A stretch of 64,000 nt of DNA, from positions 231,167-295,166 of the forward strand of contig JBMNHG010000006.1 in assembly GCA_050950285.1 (NCBI GenBank), in the 5' to 3' direction. The stretch's first letter is position 1. Each line of letters starts with the position of its first letter. The notes below the pieces were generated by a model. The model was not told the origin of the DNA and searched no databases. It saw nothing but the letters and a program-made list of their open reading frames with translations. The DNA comes from Kiritimatiellia bacterium (lineage in GTDB: Bacteria; Verrucomicrobiota; Kiritimatiellia; RFP12; JBMNHG01). Positions 1-9,904 of the stretch are shown here, in pieces. Both the position numbers and the translations under genes were made by a program.

Positions 1-392
1 TCGCCTTCCTCAGCTTCTCCACCAAAGGTTCCGCGAAGCATGAGTTCGTGGACAAGATGCGCATCGCCAAGGAGCTCACCGAGCAGCGCTTCGCCGAGAT
101 CGGCCTCGATGCCGTGGTCGATGGCGAAATGCAGGCGGACGCCGCGCTCGTACCTTCCGTGGCTGCCTCGAAGAACACGTACGGAGCCATCCAGGGCGAC
201 GCGAACATCCTGATCTTCCCGGATCTCCAGAGCGGCAACATCTGCTACAAGATCACCGAGCGGCTCGCCGGCGCCAACGCCTTCGGCCCCGTGCTCCAGG
301 GCTTCGCCAAGCCGGTGAACGACCTCTCCCGCGGCTGCTCCGTCGGCGACATCGTGGGGGTCGCCGCCATCACCGTCTGCCAGGGTTTGTAA
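1..392 (+). CDS. pta: phosphate acetyltransferase, C-terminal part (5' end outside window)
   Basis: FLSFSTKGSA, DGEMQADAAL, ANILIFPDLQSGNICYK, GPVLQGFAKPVNDLSRG motifs of the PTA/PTB family. Confidence 0.93.
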   Translation, partial: AFLSFSTKGSAKHEFVDKMRIAKELTEQRFAEIGLDAVVDGEMQADAALVPSVAASKNTYGAIQGDANILIFPDLQSGNICYKITERLAGANAFGPVLQGFAKPVNDLSRGCSVGDIVGVAAITVCQGL

Positions 393-437
393 TCCCCGCC
401 CGCCGGTGGAATCGGCGCCCGTCGCATCCGCGACCGG

Positions 438-1574
438 TCACAAGACGCTTCGGTAGCGGGCGACGGTCTCTTCGGCGGTTCGCGCCCAGGTGAACTGCCG
501 CGCATGGGCGAAGGCGCTTTCGATGCGCCCGGCGCGGAAGGCGGAGTCCTCCAGCAAACGGCGGAGCTCCTGGCTCCACTGGCCGACGTCCTCGTCCTTC
601 AACAGCGTGGCCGCGCCACCCAGGATTTCAGGGAGGGATCCGGCGGAAGAGGAAACCACCGGCGTTCCGCAGGCCATCGCCTCCAGGGGGGTGAACCCGA
701 ACCCTTCCGACCTCGACGCCGTCGCATAGCAGGCGGCTCCGGAATACAATGCGGGGAGCCAGCGGTCGTCCACGTGGCCAAGAAACCGGATCCGGTCCGC
801 GCATCGCAGCGATTTCATTTCGGCGACGATGCCCCCGTAGCCGAACGAGGGCGACCCGGCGAGGCAAAGCTCGATGTCGCGGTCGCCAAGCGCTTCGAGG
901 ACCCTGCCCAGGAAGACCGGATTTTTGTTGGGATGGACAAGCCCCACGGAAAGCACATAGGGCCGTTCCAGCCCCAAGGCCTTCCGCATGAGGGCGATTT
1001 CGGAGGAAGAGGCCGGGCGATAGGTTTCGTGATCGATTCCAAGGTGGATGGGGAAGATCTTCCCCGCCGCTTCGGGAATGTACCGGGCGATATCGCCGGC
1101 GGAAAAACGGGAATCCGTGAGAATCGCATCCGCACGGAGGGCGTTCAGACGAATGGCGCGCCGATCCTTGGCCAGGGCCGGATGGCCCGGGAAACGCCAC
1201 GCCGCCATGTCGTGGATGGTGCAGACCATCCGCTGCCGCTTCGCAACGGGAACCGCCGCATGGGAGGCGATGTGGACAAGGTCGGCATCGCGGGGGGCAA
1301 TCGGGAAAAGACGCCGGATGCCGGGAAGGTTCCAGGCTCGTTCGTAGACGCGCGCGGGCAGTCGCGGCGCGGGATGAAAAGAAAACCGGCGGTCCCTCGC
1401 ACATTCGGGGCAGACCTTCCCGGCGGAGAAAGCGCGGAAGAAATCGACGAAGAAGAGGGCGACGGCGTCTTCCTCGCCCAATGGTCCGGGGAAGGCGCGC
1501 GCCAGGCGATTCACATACCGTCCGATGCCGGAGCGGCTTCCGATGCCGTAGGTGAACTCGAGGGCAACATTCAT
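438..1574 (-). CDS. glycosyltransferase family 4 (GT-B fold)
   Basis: Start taken at MNVALEF; SGIGRY N-terminal motif, TIHD, SEGFGFTPLEAMACGTPVV (EX7E), FTW.RTA tail. Confidence 0.9.
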   Translation of the reverse strand: MNVALEFTYGIGSRSGIGRYVNRLARAFPGPLGEEDAVALFFVDFFRAFSAGKVCPECARDRRFSFHPAPRLPARVYERAWNLPGIRRLFPIAPRDADLVHIASHAAVPVAKRQRMVCTIHDMAAWRFPGHPALAKDRRAIRLNALRADAILTDSRFSAGDIARYIPEAAGKIFPIHLGIDHETYRPASSSEIALMRKALGLERPYVLSVGLVHPNKNPVFLGRVLEALGDRDIELCLAGSPSFGYGGIVAEMKSLRCADRIRFLGHVDDRWLPALYSGAACYATASRSEGFGFTPLEAMACGTPVVSSSAGSLPEILGGAATLLKDEDVGQWSQELRRLLEDSAFRAGRIESAFAHARQFTWARTAEETVARYRSVL

Positions 1575-1615
1575 CGATGGGCTTTTGTTTCGGGCGGAAG
1601 GCCTCGCGCTTCGAT

Positions 1616-3724
1616 TCACGGGGAAGGCGGACGTTGGAGCCTCGTGGAAAAAATCGCATGGTAGGCCCATCCGTCGCGGGATTCGGAATGGATGTCCAGC
1701 CGGTCGCGGGAGGATTCGTCTTCGGGGGCACGGGACAAGATTCGCTTCAGGCGCCTCTTGTAGTCGTCCGCCACCTCGCCGGTCCAGGCCGAACCGGGTT
1801 CGGGCTGCGTGCGGAAAACATCGGGGAAACGATCCGAGGGCAGGTTGCCCGGCTCGTCGAACCGCGCAAGTTCGCGTTCGGCATGGAGACGGGCGAGTTC
1901 CGCCGCGGCCGCCGCATCCCCGCCCTCCAGCACGGCGGCGTAGGCGATCCGGATGAGGAAGCGGCGTCCCCCCTCGGTCTCGACCCACAGGACGAGCGCC
2001 CCGGATTCGGGCAGGCATCCATGCATCAGTTCGGCGACGATCTTGTCGAAAGCCCCTTCCGCCTGCGTCGCGACAAGGATCCCATGATCCAGCGCGACGC
2101 TCGTGGAACAGGTTTCGACCGTGGCAAGAAGCGTCACCGTCACGATGTTCTCCTTGCCCGACGTGGTCTCCACAAGGGAATCCAGCGCGTAGCCACGCAG
2201 GAAGGTCTCGATTTTCTGTCGCGGTTCAATCGTGCGCAAACGCTTGAAGAGAGGCGTGGCGGAGGGATCCGAAGCCAACGCGCGCAGAATCCGCCGATAC
2301 CGCGCCGGAGCGTCGGCGGACTGCGCGAGAAAGGTCGTCGCAAGAAGGTCCCGGGCCGTGGCAAAGGCCTCTTCGCGGGCGAACTTGGCGTTCCGGGCAC
2401 GGACGGATGCGTCCTTGTCGGCAGACCAGGCGACACGCCCGCGCGTGAGGATGCCGAATTGCCCGTCGTCGCTGGCCAGCAGCACGACAGGCTCGGCGAG
2501 TTTGGACCGGGCATGGATGACGGCGTCCTGGAGCGTGAGGGCGGTCACCAGCGGAAGGCCGGCTTCGCGGGCGACGCGGATGGACCGGGGCGATGCCGGC
2601 TCGACGGGAGCGTTGGCGGAACGGGCGGGCGAACGCACGTGTTCGGTGCGGACCGATCCGGGGCGCATCGGACCGATGCGCGGGGGGGCGGGGGCGGTTT
2701 CGGGGGTGCGCCGGTTCCGGAGGGCCAAGGCGCCGACCAAGACGCCGAGGGTGGCAAGGATGGCCAGGAGCGCCGCGAACAGGGGGACATGGTGTTTCCA
2801 GGCGGCGAGGATCCTGCGGCAAAAGCGATGGGCGAACCCCGTGAACCCGCCCTCCCAGCAGGCGTCCAGCGCCTGGGCGAAGGCCTCCGCCGTAGGATAG
2901 CGGGCGGCGGCGTCCGGCTCGCAGGCACGGAGCATCACGGCGTTCAAGTCCCGCTCCGTGCGGGTCTTCAGCGCGGAGATCGGCACCGAGGGGAAGCGAC
3001 TCGCGTCAAGGCCGGAAAGGAGACAGTACAAGACCTTGCCGAGGGCGTAGACGTCCTGTGCGGGAGATGGGGTTCCGGTTCCGGAGACGACTTCCGGCGG
3101 AAGGTAATGGAGCGTGCCGACGAGGCTGGCTTCGGGGGTGGCGAAGGCGACGCAGCCGATGTCGCCCAACTTGAGCCGCCCATCCACGAAGAGGATGTTC
3201 TCGGGCTTGATGTCCCGGTGGATGAGCCCGTAGCCATGGAGGACGCGGAGTCCTTCCAGCGCCTGGGCCATCACGGTCCGCGTCTGGGCGGGCGGGAAGC
3301 GGCCTCCGGCGGCGAGCCGCCTCGCAAGGGTGTCGGGCGTATACGGCGTGCCCGGATCGACGGGAGGCCTGGAGGGGGCGGGGTCGGAGGCCGACGAAGT
3401 GGAAGGAGCCGTGGCATTGTCCGCAGCCTCCATCGAATAGCAGAAGAAATCCTCCCCTTCCGCCACGTGGTAGATGGCAAGGAGGTGGGGGGTCCCCGCC
3501 GGGACCTTCGCGCAATAGGCGCGGATGCTCTCCATCTCCCGACGCCAGGCCGTGCCACGGCGGGCCTTGGACACGATCTTCACCGCGATCGCGCGCCCGA
3601 TCGAATCCGTCGCCAGCCAGACATCGCCGTAGGAGCCACTTCCGCAATGGCACACCGGACGGAGTCCGCCACCCAAAAGGGACATGACGCTCTCCAGGCG
3701 AGGTTCGGGAAGGTGTTCCGCCAT
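1616..3724 (-). CDS. membrane-anchored Hanks-type Ser/Thr protein kinase with C-terminal extracytoplasmic region
   Basis: Start MAEHLP; GSGSYGDV Gly loop, AVK, HRDIKPEN, DIG (DFG variant), GTLHYLPPE, DVYALG; hydrophobic segment LFAALLAILATLGVLVGALAL follows the kinase domain. Confidence 0.9.
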   Translation of the reverse strand: MAEHLPEPRLESVMSLLGGGLRPVCHCGSGSYGDVWLATDSIGRAIAVKIVSKARRGTAWRREMESIRAYCAKVPAGTPHLLAIYHVAEGEDFFCYSMEAADNATAPSTSSASDPAPSRPPVDPGTPYTPDTLARRLAAGGRFPPAQTRTVMAQALEGLRVLHGYGLIHRDIKPENILFVDGRLKLGDIGCVAFATPEASLVGTLHYLPPEVVSGTGTPSPAQDVYALGKVLYCLLSGLDASRFPSVPISALKTRTERDLNAVMLRACEPDAAARYPTAEAFAQALDACWEGGFTGFAHRFCRRILAAWKHHVPLFAALLAILATLGVLVGALALRNRRTPETAPAPPRIGPMRPGSVRTEHVRSPARSANAPVEPASPRSIRVAREAGLPLVTALTLQDAVIHARSKLAEPVVLLASDDGQFGILTRGRVAWSADKDASVRARNAKFAREEAFATARDLLATTFLAQSADAPARYRRILRALASDPSATPLFKRLRTIEPRQKIETFLRGYALDSLVETTSGKENIVTVTLLATVETCSTSVALDHGILVATQAEGAFDKIVAELMHGCLPESGALVLWVETEGGRRFLIRIAYAAVLEGGDAAAAAELARLHAERELARFDEPGNLPSDRFPDVFRTQPEPGSAWTGEVADDYKRRLKRILSRAPEDESSRDRLDIHSESRDGWAYHAIFSTRLQRPPSP

Positions 3725-3886
3725 GGCGTCGTAGTGTCGCGCATTTCCCCTGGGACGGCAAGGTAAAACCACCTTCCCGGAAGCCTTGGCCGAACCCTTT
3801 CCCCTTGCGCGACGCGCATCGGGAACGCATAATGACCCTGCGCCGCGCAACGTCATCCATCGTGGAGGCAGCGCGAGCCAATTCCC

Positions 3887-5695
3887 ATGCCATATGCCAT
3901 GTTTTCCCGCTACGACGACATCCATGACACCCCCTTCGACACCCGCCACATCCTGACGGCGTTCGGAGCTGTCGGCCTCTCCCTTCTCCTCCATTTCTTC
4001 ATCCTGAGGCTTGTCGCCGACTGGCGCCTCAACGCCGTGCATGTGCCGAAGCCCGACAAGACGGAACTCCAGGAGTATCCGACCCTCCACGTGACCCGCC
4101 TGGAGTCGGATCCGCTCGATCCGATGAAGCTCTTCGACCGCCCGGCCGACCGTGCCGGCGTGGCGGGGAGCGGCAGTGCGGCGGAGGTCGACTTCCCTCT
4201 CGCCCACGTGGGCGAGCTCGCCCGCGAACCGGACCGGGCGCTCACCGCACCCCCGGCCGCCCCCCGCGCCACGATGGCCGCTCCCACGGCGCGGCTGGCC
4301 GTTCCCGAGATTCCGCCGACCGAGAAGCACATCTTCGTGCCGCGCCAGAAAATCCTCTCCGTGGTCGAGCGCCGTGCCGACGAAGATCTCGCGCTCCTTC
4401 CGCGCCGCGAAATCCCCGTCATCGAACGCGTCGACGTCGCGCCCGATTATGTGCCCCCTGCCATCGTCACCCGGGGCCCCTCCACCGAAACCCCCGCCGT
4501 TCTCGTGCCCGCCCGCGTGGCGGTCCCCTCCGATCCCGAGCCCGTCGCGGAACCCACGCCCGCCGTCGTTTCGCCGGACCCCGTCGCCCTCCCCGGCGAG
4601 GCCGCGCCCTCCACCGCCAGCGAGACCTTCTCCGAGCGCCCCGGCGACGTCGAAGTCGGACGGCCATTGGACGACCGCCTCCAGGCCTCGCTCACCGCCC
4701 GCCGCTATGCCGACGAACCGGACACCGTCTACTTCTGCCTCAGCCTCGACCGCCGCGATTCCGCCGTCCTCCCCGTTGCGCCCAAAGACCTTCTCTTCGT
4801 CCAGGATTGCTCGCGGAGCCTCGCCCCCGAACGCCTCGCGTTCTGCCGGAAGGCCCTCCGCGAAGCACTCGCCACCATCGGTCCGCAAGACCGCTTCAAC
4901 GTGGCCGGCTTCAGCGACTCCGTCCAGCTCCTCTTCCCCGGCTGGACCTCCCCCACCCCGCAGGCGATCGCGGAGGCCGACGCCTTCATCGACGCCATGA
5001 AGTGCGCCGGCGAAACCGACATCTACGCCTCGCTCGACACCCTCTTGAACCTCCCCCGCGACCCGCAGCGCCCCTTCATCGTGCTTCTGGTGACCGACGG
5101 CCGTCCCACCGTCGGGTCCACCGCCTCCACGAGCCTCATCGGCGACCTCTCCCGCGACAACGACGGCGCCGTCTCCATCTTCACCCTCGGCACCCATGCC
5201 AACGCCAACTCCTACCTGCTCGACATGCTCGCCTACTGCAACCGGGGCGAATCGAAGGTGGTCGCCACCCGGCGCTGGGACATCCCCAAGGAAATTGCGG
5301 CGATGGCGGACGGCCTCCGGCGCCCGGTCCTCTCCAACGTGCGCTTCCACATTCCCGCCGCATCCGAAGCCCGCCTCTTCCCCCGGCAAGCCTCCAACCT
5401 CTACGCCGACCGCCCCCTCCGCTTCTTCGGCTCCGTCCCCGCCTCCGAAAAGGAGATCGTGGTGCAGGTGCGCGGCCAGGCCATCGAGGACGAATGCGAC
5501 GTGATCCTCCAACTCCCCCTGGACTCCGCCAAGCCCGCCCCGGCCTCCTGCGACCTGCGCGACGCCTGGGCCCGCCAGCGGATGTACGACCTCATTGGCG
5601 ACTACGCCCGCACCCGGGACCCCTCCCTCCTCTCCGAAATGCGCGACCTCTCCCGGCGCCTCCGCATCCCCATCCCCTACCAGAACGAGCTCTAG
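3887..5695 (+). CDS. membrane-anchored von Willebrand factor A (vWA) domain protein
   Basis: N-terminal TM helix, Pro/Ala-rich linker, MIDAS DCSRS, GETDI, VLLVTDG, IFTLG. Confidence 0.85.
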   Translation: MPYAMFSRYDDIHDTPFDTRHILTAFGAVGLSLLLHFFILRLVADWRLNAVHVPKPDKTELQEYPTLHVTRLESDPLDPMKLFDRPADRAGVAGSGSAAEVDFPLAHVGELAREPDRALTAPPAAPRATMAAPTARLAVPEIPPTEKHIFVPRQKILSVVERRADEDLALLPRREIPVIERVDVAPDYVPPAIVTRGPSTETPAVLVPARVAVPSDPEPVAEPTPAVVSPDPVALPGEAAPSTASETFSERPGDVEVGRPLDDRLQASLTARRYADEPDTVYFCLSLDRRDSAVLPVAPKDLLFVQDCSRSLAPERLAFCRKALREALATIGPQDRFNVAGFSDSVQLLFPGWTSPTPQAIAEADAFIDAMKCAGETDIYASLDTLLNLPRDPQRPFIVLLVTDGRPTVGSTASTSLIGDLSRDNDGAVSIFTLGTHANANSYLLDMLAYCNRGESKVVATRRWDIPKEIAAMADGLRRPVLSNVRFHIPAASEARLFPRQASNLYADRPLRFFGSVPASEKEIVVQVRGQAIEDECDVILQLPLDSAKPAPASCDLRDAWARQRMYDLIGDYARTRDPSLLSEMRDLSRRLRIPIPYQNEL

Positions 5696-5719
5696 CCCCG
5701 CCGCCACGGCCTCTTCCCC

Positions 5720-6442
5720 ATGATCATCTTCCCCGCCATCGACCTGAAAGACGGCCATTGCGTCCGCCTCCGCCAAGGCCGCGCCGACGACGCCACCGTG
5801 TACTCCGACGACCCCGTCGCCATGGCCCGCCAGTGGGAGGACGCCGGCGCCGAAGCCCTCCACGTGGTCGATCTCGACGGCGCGTTCCAGGGCGGCCCCC
5901 GCCACGCGGAACTCATCGCCCGGATCGTCGCCGCCATCCGCATCCCCGTGCAGGTCGGCGGCGGACTGCGCACCGACGACGACGTGGCCCGCCTGCTCGA
6001 CGCCGGCGCCAGGCGCGCCATCCTCGGCACTCGCGCCCTCGACGATCCCGACGCCCTCGCCCGCCTCGTCGCCCGCTTCGGCGGCGGGCGCATCGCCGTC
6101 GGCATCGACGCCCGCGACGGCCTCGTGCAAGTGAAAGGATGGGTCGAAACCTCCTCCACCAGCGCCATCGACCTCGCGAAACGCGTGGAATCCATCGGCG
6201 TGCGCACCCTCGTCTACACCGACACCGCCACCGACGGCATGCTCGGCGGCCCGAACCTCCAGGCCCAGGACGAGATGTGCCGTGCCGTCTCCTGCCAGGT
6301 CATCGCCTCCGGCGGCGTCGGCTCCGCCGCCGATGTCCAAGCCCTCGCCGCCCTCGGCCGCCCCAACCTCCGCGGCGCCATCGTCGGCAAAGCCCTCTAC
6401 GACGGCCGGACCACCCTCGCCGAACTCCTCGCCGTCCTCTAG
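5720..6442 (+). CDS. hisA: ProFAR isomerase (histidine biosynthesis)
   Basis: IFPAIDLKDGHCVRLRQG, LHVVDLDGA, QVGGGLR, VIASGGV, GAIVGKALY. Confidence 0.97.
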   Translation: MIIFPAIDLKDGHCVRLRQGRADDATVYSDDPVAMARQWEDAGAEALHVVDLDGAFQGGPRHAELIARIVAAIRIPVQVGGGLRTDDDVARLLDAGARRAILGTRALDDPDALARLVARFGGGRIAVGIDARDGLVQVKGWVETSSTSAIDLAKRVESIGVRTLVYTDTATDGMLGGPNLQAQDEMCRAVSCQVIASGGVGSAADVQALAALGRPNLRGAIVGKALYDGRTTLAELLAVL

Positions 6443-6479
6443 CCCCCTTCCCTCTCCCCTCCCCTCCCCGTCGCCAGCC

Positions 6480-9400
6480 ATGTACGATCCCGTCTCCAAC
6501 AAAGTCGATTTCCCGAAACTCGAGGAAGAGATCCTCACCTTCTGGGAACAGCACGGCACCTTCCGGAAATCCCTCGACCAAACCCAAGGCAAGCCCGAGT
6601 TCATCTTCTTCGACGGCCCCCCCTTCGCCACCGGCCTCCCCCACTACGGCCACCTCCTCGCCGGCACCATCAAGGACATCATCCCCCGCTACCAGACCAT
6701 GCGCGGACGCCACGTCGAACGCCGCTTCGGCTGGGACACCCACGGCCTCCCCATCGAGGCGCTCGCCCAGGAGGCGCTCGGCATCTCCGGCGCCGCCGCC
6801 ATCAAGGAGTTCGGCGTCGACAAGTTCAACGAGCAGTGCCGTTCCATGGTGCTGGAATACGTCGGCGAATGGCGCAAGACCGTCACCCGCATGGGACGCT
6901 GGGTCGACTTCGACAACGATTACAAGACCATGGAGTTCGGCTTCATGGAATCGGTCTGGTGGGCCTTCAAGCGGCTCTGGGACCAGGGGCGCATCTACAA
7001 GTCCCACCGCATCATGCCCTACTCCTGGAAGCTCAACACCCCCCTCTCGAACTTCGAGGCCGGCTCGAACTACAAGGACGTCCAAGACCCCGCCGTCACC
7101 GTGCGCGTCCGCCTCCTCGACTCCCTCGGGAAACTGGCCGGAACGGGCGACGCCCCCGTCTACCTGCTCATCTGGACCACCACGCCGTGGACACTCCCCG
7201 GGAACCTCGCCATCTGCGCGGGCGGCGGCATCGACTACGTGGTCGCGCGCGACCTCACCGACGAGGCGCGCCCCTGCTACGTGATGGCCGAGGCACGCCT
7301 CCCCTCCATCTTCAAGAAACCCGCCGAACAGGTCGAAATCGTCGCGCGGATGAAGGGCTCCGACCTCGAGGGATGGCGCTACGAGCCCATCGTGCCGAAC
7401 TTCGCCGACCAGGCGGAGAACGGGGCCTTCGTCGTCGTCAACGACGACTATGTCTCCACCGATGACGGCGTGGGCCTCGTCCACATCGCCCCCGCCTACG
7501 GCGAGGACGACTTCCGCATCTGCCGCGAGAACGGCCTCCGCGCCTTCGTCGACCCCCTCGACGCCGACTGCAGCTTCACCGACGCCCTCCCCGAATGCGC
7601 CGGCCGCTTCTGCAAGGACTGCGACAAGGACATCATCCGATACCTCAAGGCCGAGGGCAAGCTCGTCCATCAAGCCACCATCACCCACTCCTACCCCTTC
7701 TGCGACCGCACCGACACTCCGCTCATCTACCGCGCCATCGACGCGTGGTACGTGAAGGTCGAAGACCTCCGCGACGCCCTCGTCGAAAACAACGCCACCG
7801 TCCACTGGGTCCCCGACTACGTCGGCGAAAAGCGCTTTGGGAACTGGCTCAAGGAGGCCCGCGACTGGAACATCTCGCGAAACCGCTTCTGGGGCTCCTG
7901 CCTCCCCGTGTGGATCAACGACGACGACCCCTCCGACATGATTTGCGTGGGATCCGCCGCCGAACTCGAGGCCCTCTCCGGCGAGGCCGTCACCGACCTC
8001 CACAAGCACTTCATGGACAAGGTGGTCATCCGCCGCGACGGCAAGACCTACCACCGCACGCACGAGGTCCTCGACTGCTGGTTCGAATCCGGCTCCATGC
8101 CCTACGCCCAGCAACACTACCCCTTCGAGCGCGGCGGCGAACTCGCGAAGTTCTACCCGGCCGACTTCATCGCCGAAGGCCTCGACCAGACCCGCGGCTG
8201 GTTCTATACGCTCATGGTGCTCGGCACCTGCCTCTTCGGGAAATCCCCGTACAAGAACGTGGTCGTGAACGGCCTCGTCCTCGCCGAAGACGGCAAGAAG
8301 ATGTCGAAACGCCTGAAGAACTATCCCGATCCAACCCAGATCCTCGACCTCTACGGCGCCGACGCCCTCCGCCTCTACATGATCGCCTCGCCCGTGGTGC
8401 GGGCCGAAAACCTGCGCTTCTCCGAGAACGGCGTAAGGCAGGTCCTCAAGGATCTCCTGATCCCGTGGTGGAACGCCTACGCCTTCTTCGTGACGTACGC
8501 GAACGTCGACGGCTGGCACGAGGACGCCCTCGCCACCCCCGATTCGCCGAACGAACTCGACCGCTGGATCGTCTCGTCCCTCGAGACCCTCGTGGCGGAT
8601 GTCACCGCCGCCATGGACCGCTACGACCTGCAGCGCTCCGTCCGCCCCTTCCTCGACTTTGTCGACAGTCTCACCAACTGGTACATCCGCCGCTCGCGCC
8701 GCCGCTTCTGGAAGAGCCAGAACGACGCCGACAAGGTCTGTGCCTACCGCACGCTCCGCTACGTCCTCGTGCAGCTCTGCAAAGTGGCGGCGCCGTTCAC
8801 CCCCTTCATCGCCGAAGCCATCTACCGCAACCTGCGCGGCTCGGACATGCCCGAGTCCGTCCATCTCTGCGACTTCCCCACCGCCAACGCCGCCGCGCGC
8901 GACACCGCGCTCGAGGAACGCATGGCCGTCGCCCGGAAGGCCGTGAACCTCGGCCACAACCTCCGCAAACAGAAAAACCTCAAGGTCCGCCAGCCCCTCT
9001 CCCGGGCCGCCGTCATCTGCACCGCGCCCGGTTTCGAGGAGCGCCTCGCGCCCATGGCCCCCGTCATCGCCGAGGAACTCAACGTGAAGAGCGTCGAATT
9101 CGCCTCCGACGAGTCCCGCTTCGTCACCCTTTCGGCCAAGGCCAACTTCAAGGCCCTCGGCGCACGCCTCGGCCCCCGCATGAAGGCCGCCGCCGGAGCC
9201 ATCGAAGCCCTCGGCCCCGACGCCCTGCGCACCCTCGTGGCCGGCGGGAACGTCGCCCTCGACCTCGCCGACGGCGAACCCGCCGTCGACCTCGCCCCCG
9301 GCGACGTCCAGATCATCCGCCAGGAGAACGAAGGCATGACCGTCGCCAACGAAGGCGCCGTCACCCTCGCGCTCGACACCCGCCTCGACGACGCCCTCGT

Positions 9401-9683
9401 CGCCGAAGGCCTCGCCCGCGAGCTCGTCTCCCGCATCCAGGCGATGCGCAAGGAGGCCGACCTGGAAGTGACCGACCGCATCGCGGTCGACGTCCATGCC
9501 GACGCCGCCCTCGTCGCCGCCGCCCGCCTCCATGCCGACTACATCCGCGACGAAACCCTCATCGCCGCCGCCCCCGCCGACTGGGCCGCCGCCTCCCTCC
9601 ACGTCGCCGCCCCCGCCGGCGACGACGCCATCGACCTCAACGGCCACCCCGCCCGCATCACGCTCAGCGTCGTCACGGCCTGA
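6480..9683 (+). CDS. ileS: isoleucine--tRNA ligase (type 2)
   Basis: Start MYDPVS; DGPPFATGLPHYGH, GWDTHGLP, WTTTPWTLP, DWNISRNRFWG, EGLDQTRGWFY, KMSKR; long C-terminal region typical of IleRS2. Confidence 0.97.
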   Translation: MYDPVSNKVDFPKLEEEILTFWEQHGTFRKSLDQTQGKPEFIFFDGPPFATGLPHYGHLLAGTIKDIIPRYQTMRGRHVERRFGWDTHGLPIEALAQEALGISGAAAIKEFGVDKFNEQCRSMVLEYVGEWRKTVTRMGRWVDFDNDYKTMEFGFMESVWWAFKRLWDQGRIYKSHRIMPYSWKLNTPLSNFEAGSNYKDVQDPAVTVRVRLLDSLGKLAGTGDAPVYLLIWTTTPWTLPGNLAICAGGGIDYVVARDLTDEARPCYVMAEARLPSIFKKPAEQVEIVARMKGSDLEGWRYEPIVPNFADQAENGAFVVVNDDYVSTDDGVGLVHIAPAYGEDDFRICRENGLRAFVDPLDADCSFTDALPECAGRFCKDCDKDIIRYLKAEGKLVHQATITHSYPFCDRTDTPLIYRAIDAWYVKVEDLRDALVENNATVHWVPDYVGEKRFGNWLKEARDWNISRNRFWGSCLPVWINDDDPSDMICVGSAAELEALSGEAVTDLHKHFMDKVVIRRDGKTYHRTHEVLDCWFESGSMPYAQQHYPFERGGELAKFYPADFIAEGLDQTRGWFYTLMVLGTCLFGKSPYKNVVVNGLVLAEDGKKMSKRLKNYPDPTQILDLYGADALRLYMIASPVVRAENLRFSENGVRQVLKDLLIPWWNAYAFFVTYANVDGWHEDALATPDSPNELDRWIVSSLETLVADVTAAMDRYDLQRSVRPFLDFVDSLTNWYIRRSRRRFWKSQNDADKVCAYRTLRYVLVQLCKVAAPFTPFIAEAIYRNLRGSDMPESVHLCDFPTANAAARDTALEERMAVARKAVNLGHNLRKQKNLKVRQPLSRAAVICTAPGFEERLAPMAPVIAEELNVKSVEFASDESRFVTLSAKANFKALGARLGPRMKAAAGAIEALGPDALRTLVAGGNVALDLADGEPAVDLAPGDVQIIRQENEGMTVANEGAVTLALDTRLDDALVAEGLARELVSRIQAMRKEADLEVTDRIAVDVHADAALVAAARLHADYIRDETLIAAAPADWAAASLHVAAPAGDDAIDLNGHPARITLSVVTA

Positions 9684-9711
9684 CGCCCGCCCCGCCAAAA
9701 TTATATCGGAT

Positions 9712-9778
9712 GGGCGGGGTTTCATCCCCGCCCCGGGGCTTCGCCCCTATCGTGGGGCAGGACTCCGTGTCCTGTCCC
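9712..9778. repeat. cluster of three adjacent hairpins (REP-like or terminator) after ileS
   Basis: GGGCGGGG-tttcat-CCCCGCCC (9712-9733), GGGGC-ttc-GCCCC (9735-9747), GGGGCAGGAC-tccgt-GTCCTGTCCC (9754-9778). Confidence 0.55.
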
Positions 9779-9904
9779 GTCGCCTTAATCTCGAAGAAAT
9801 CTTCCAGTCAAGATTACAGCAATCTTCACCCCGGCGCGGCGTTCACGAATGCTCCGCCCGGAAACGCACAGCTCCGCACCTGCACCATAATATTGAATTC
9901 ACCT

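Noticed and set aside
1577..9725. Long ORFs antisense to the kinase, vWA, hisA and ileS genes, and the 5' part of the 1671-aa ORF
   Set aside because: Shadow frames of high-GC coding sequence with no recognisable motifs; the kinase starts at 3724.
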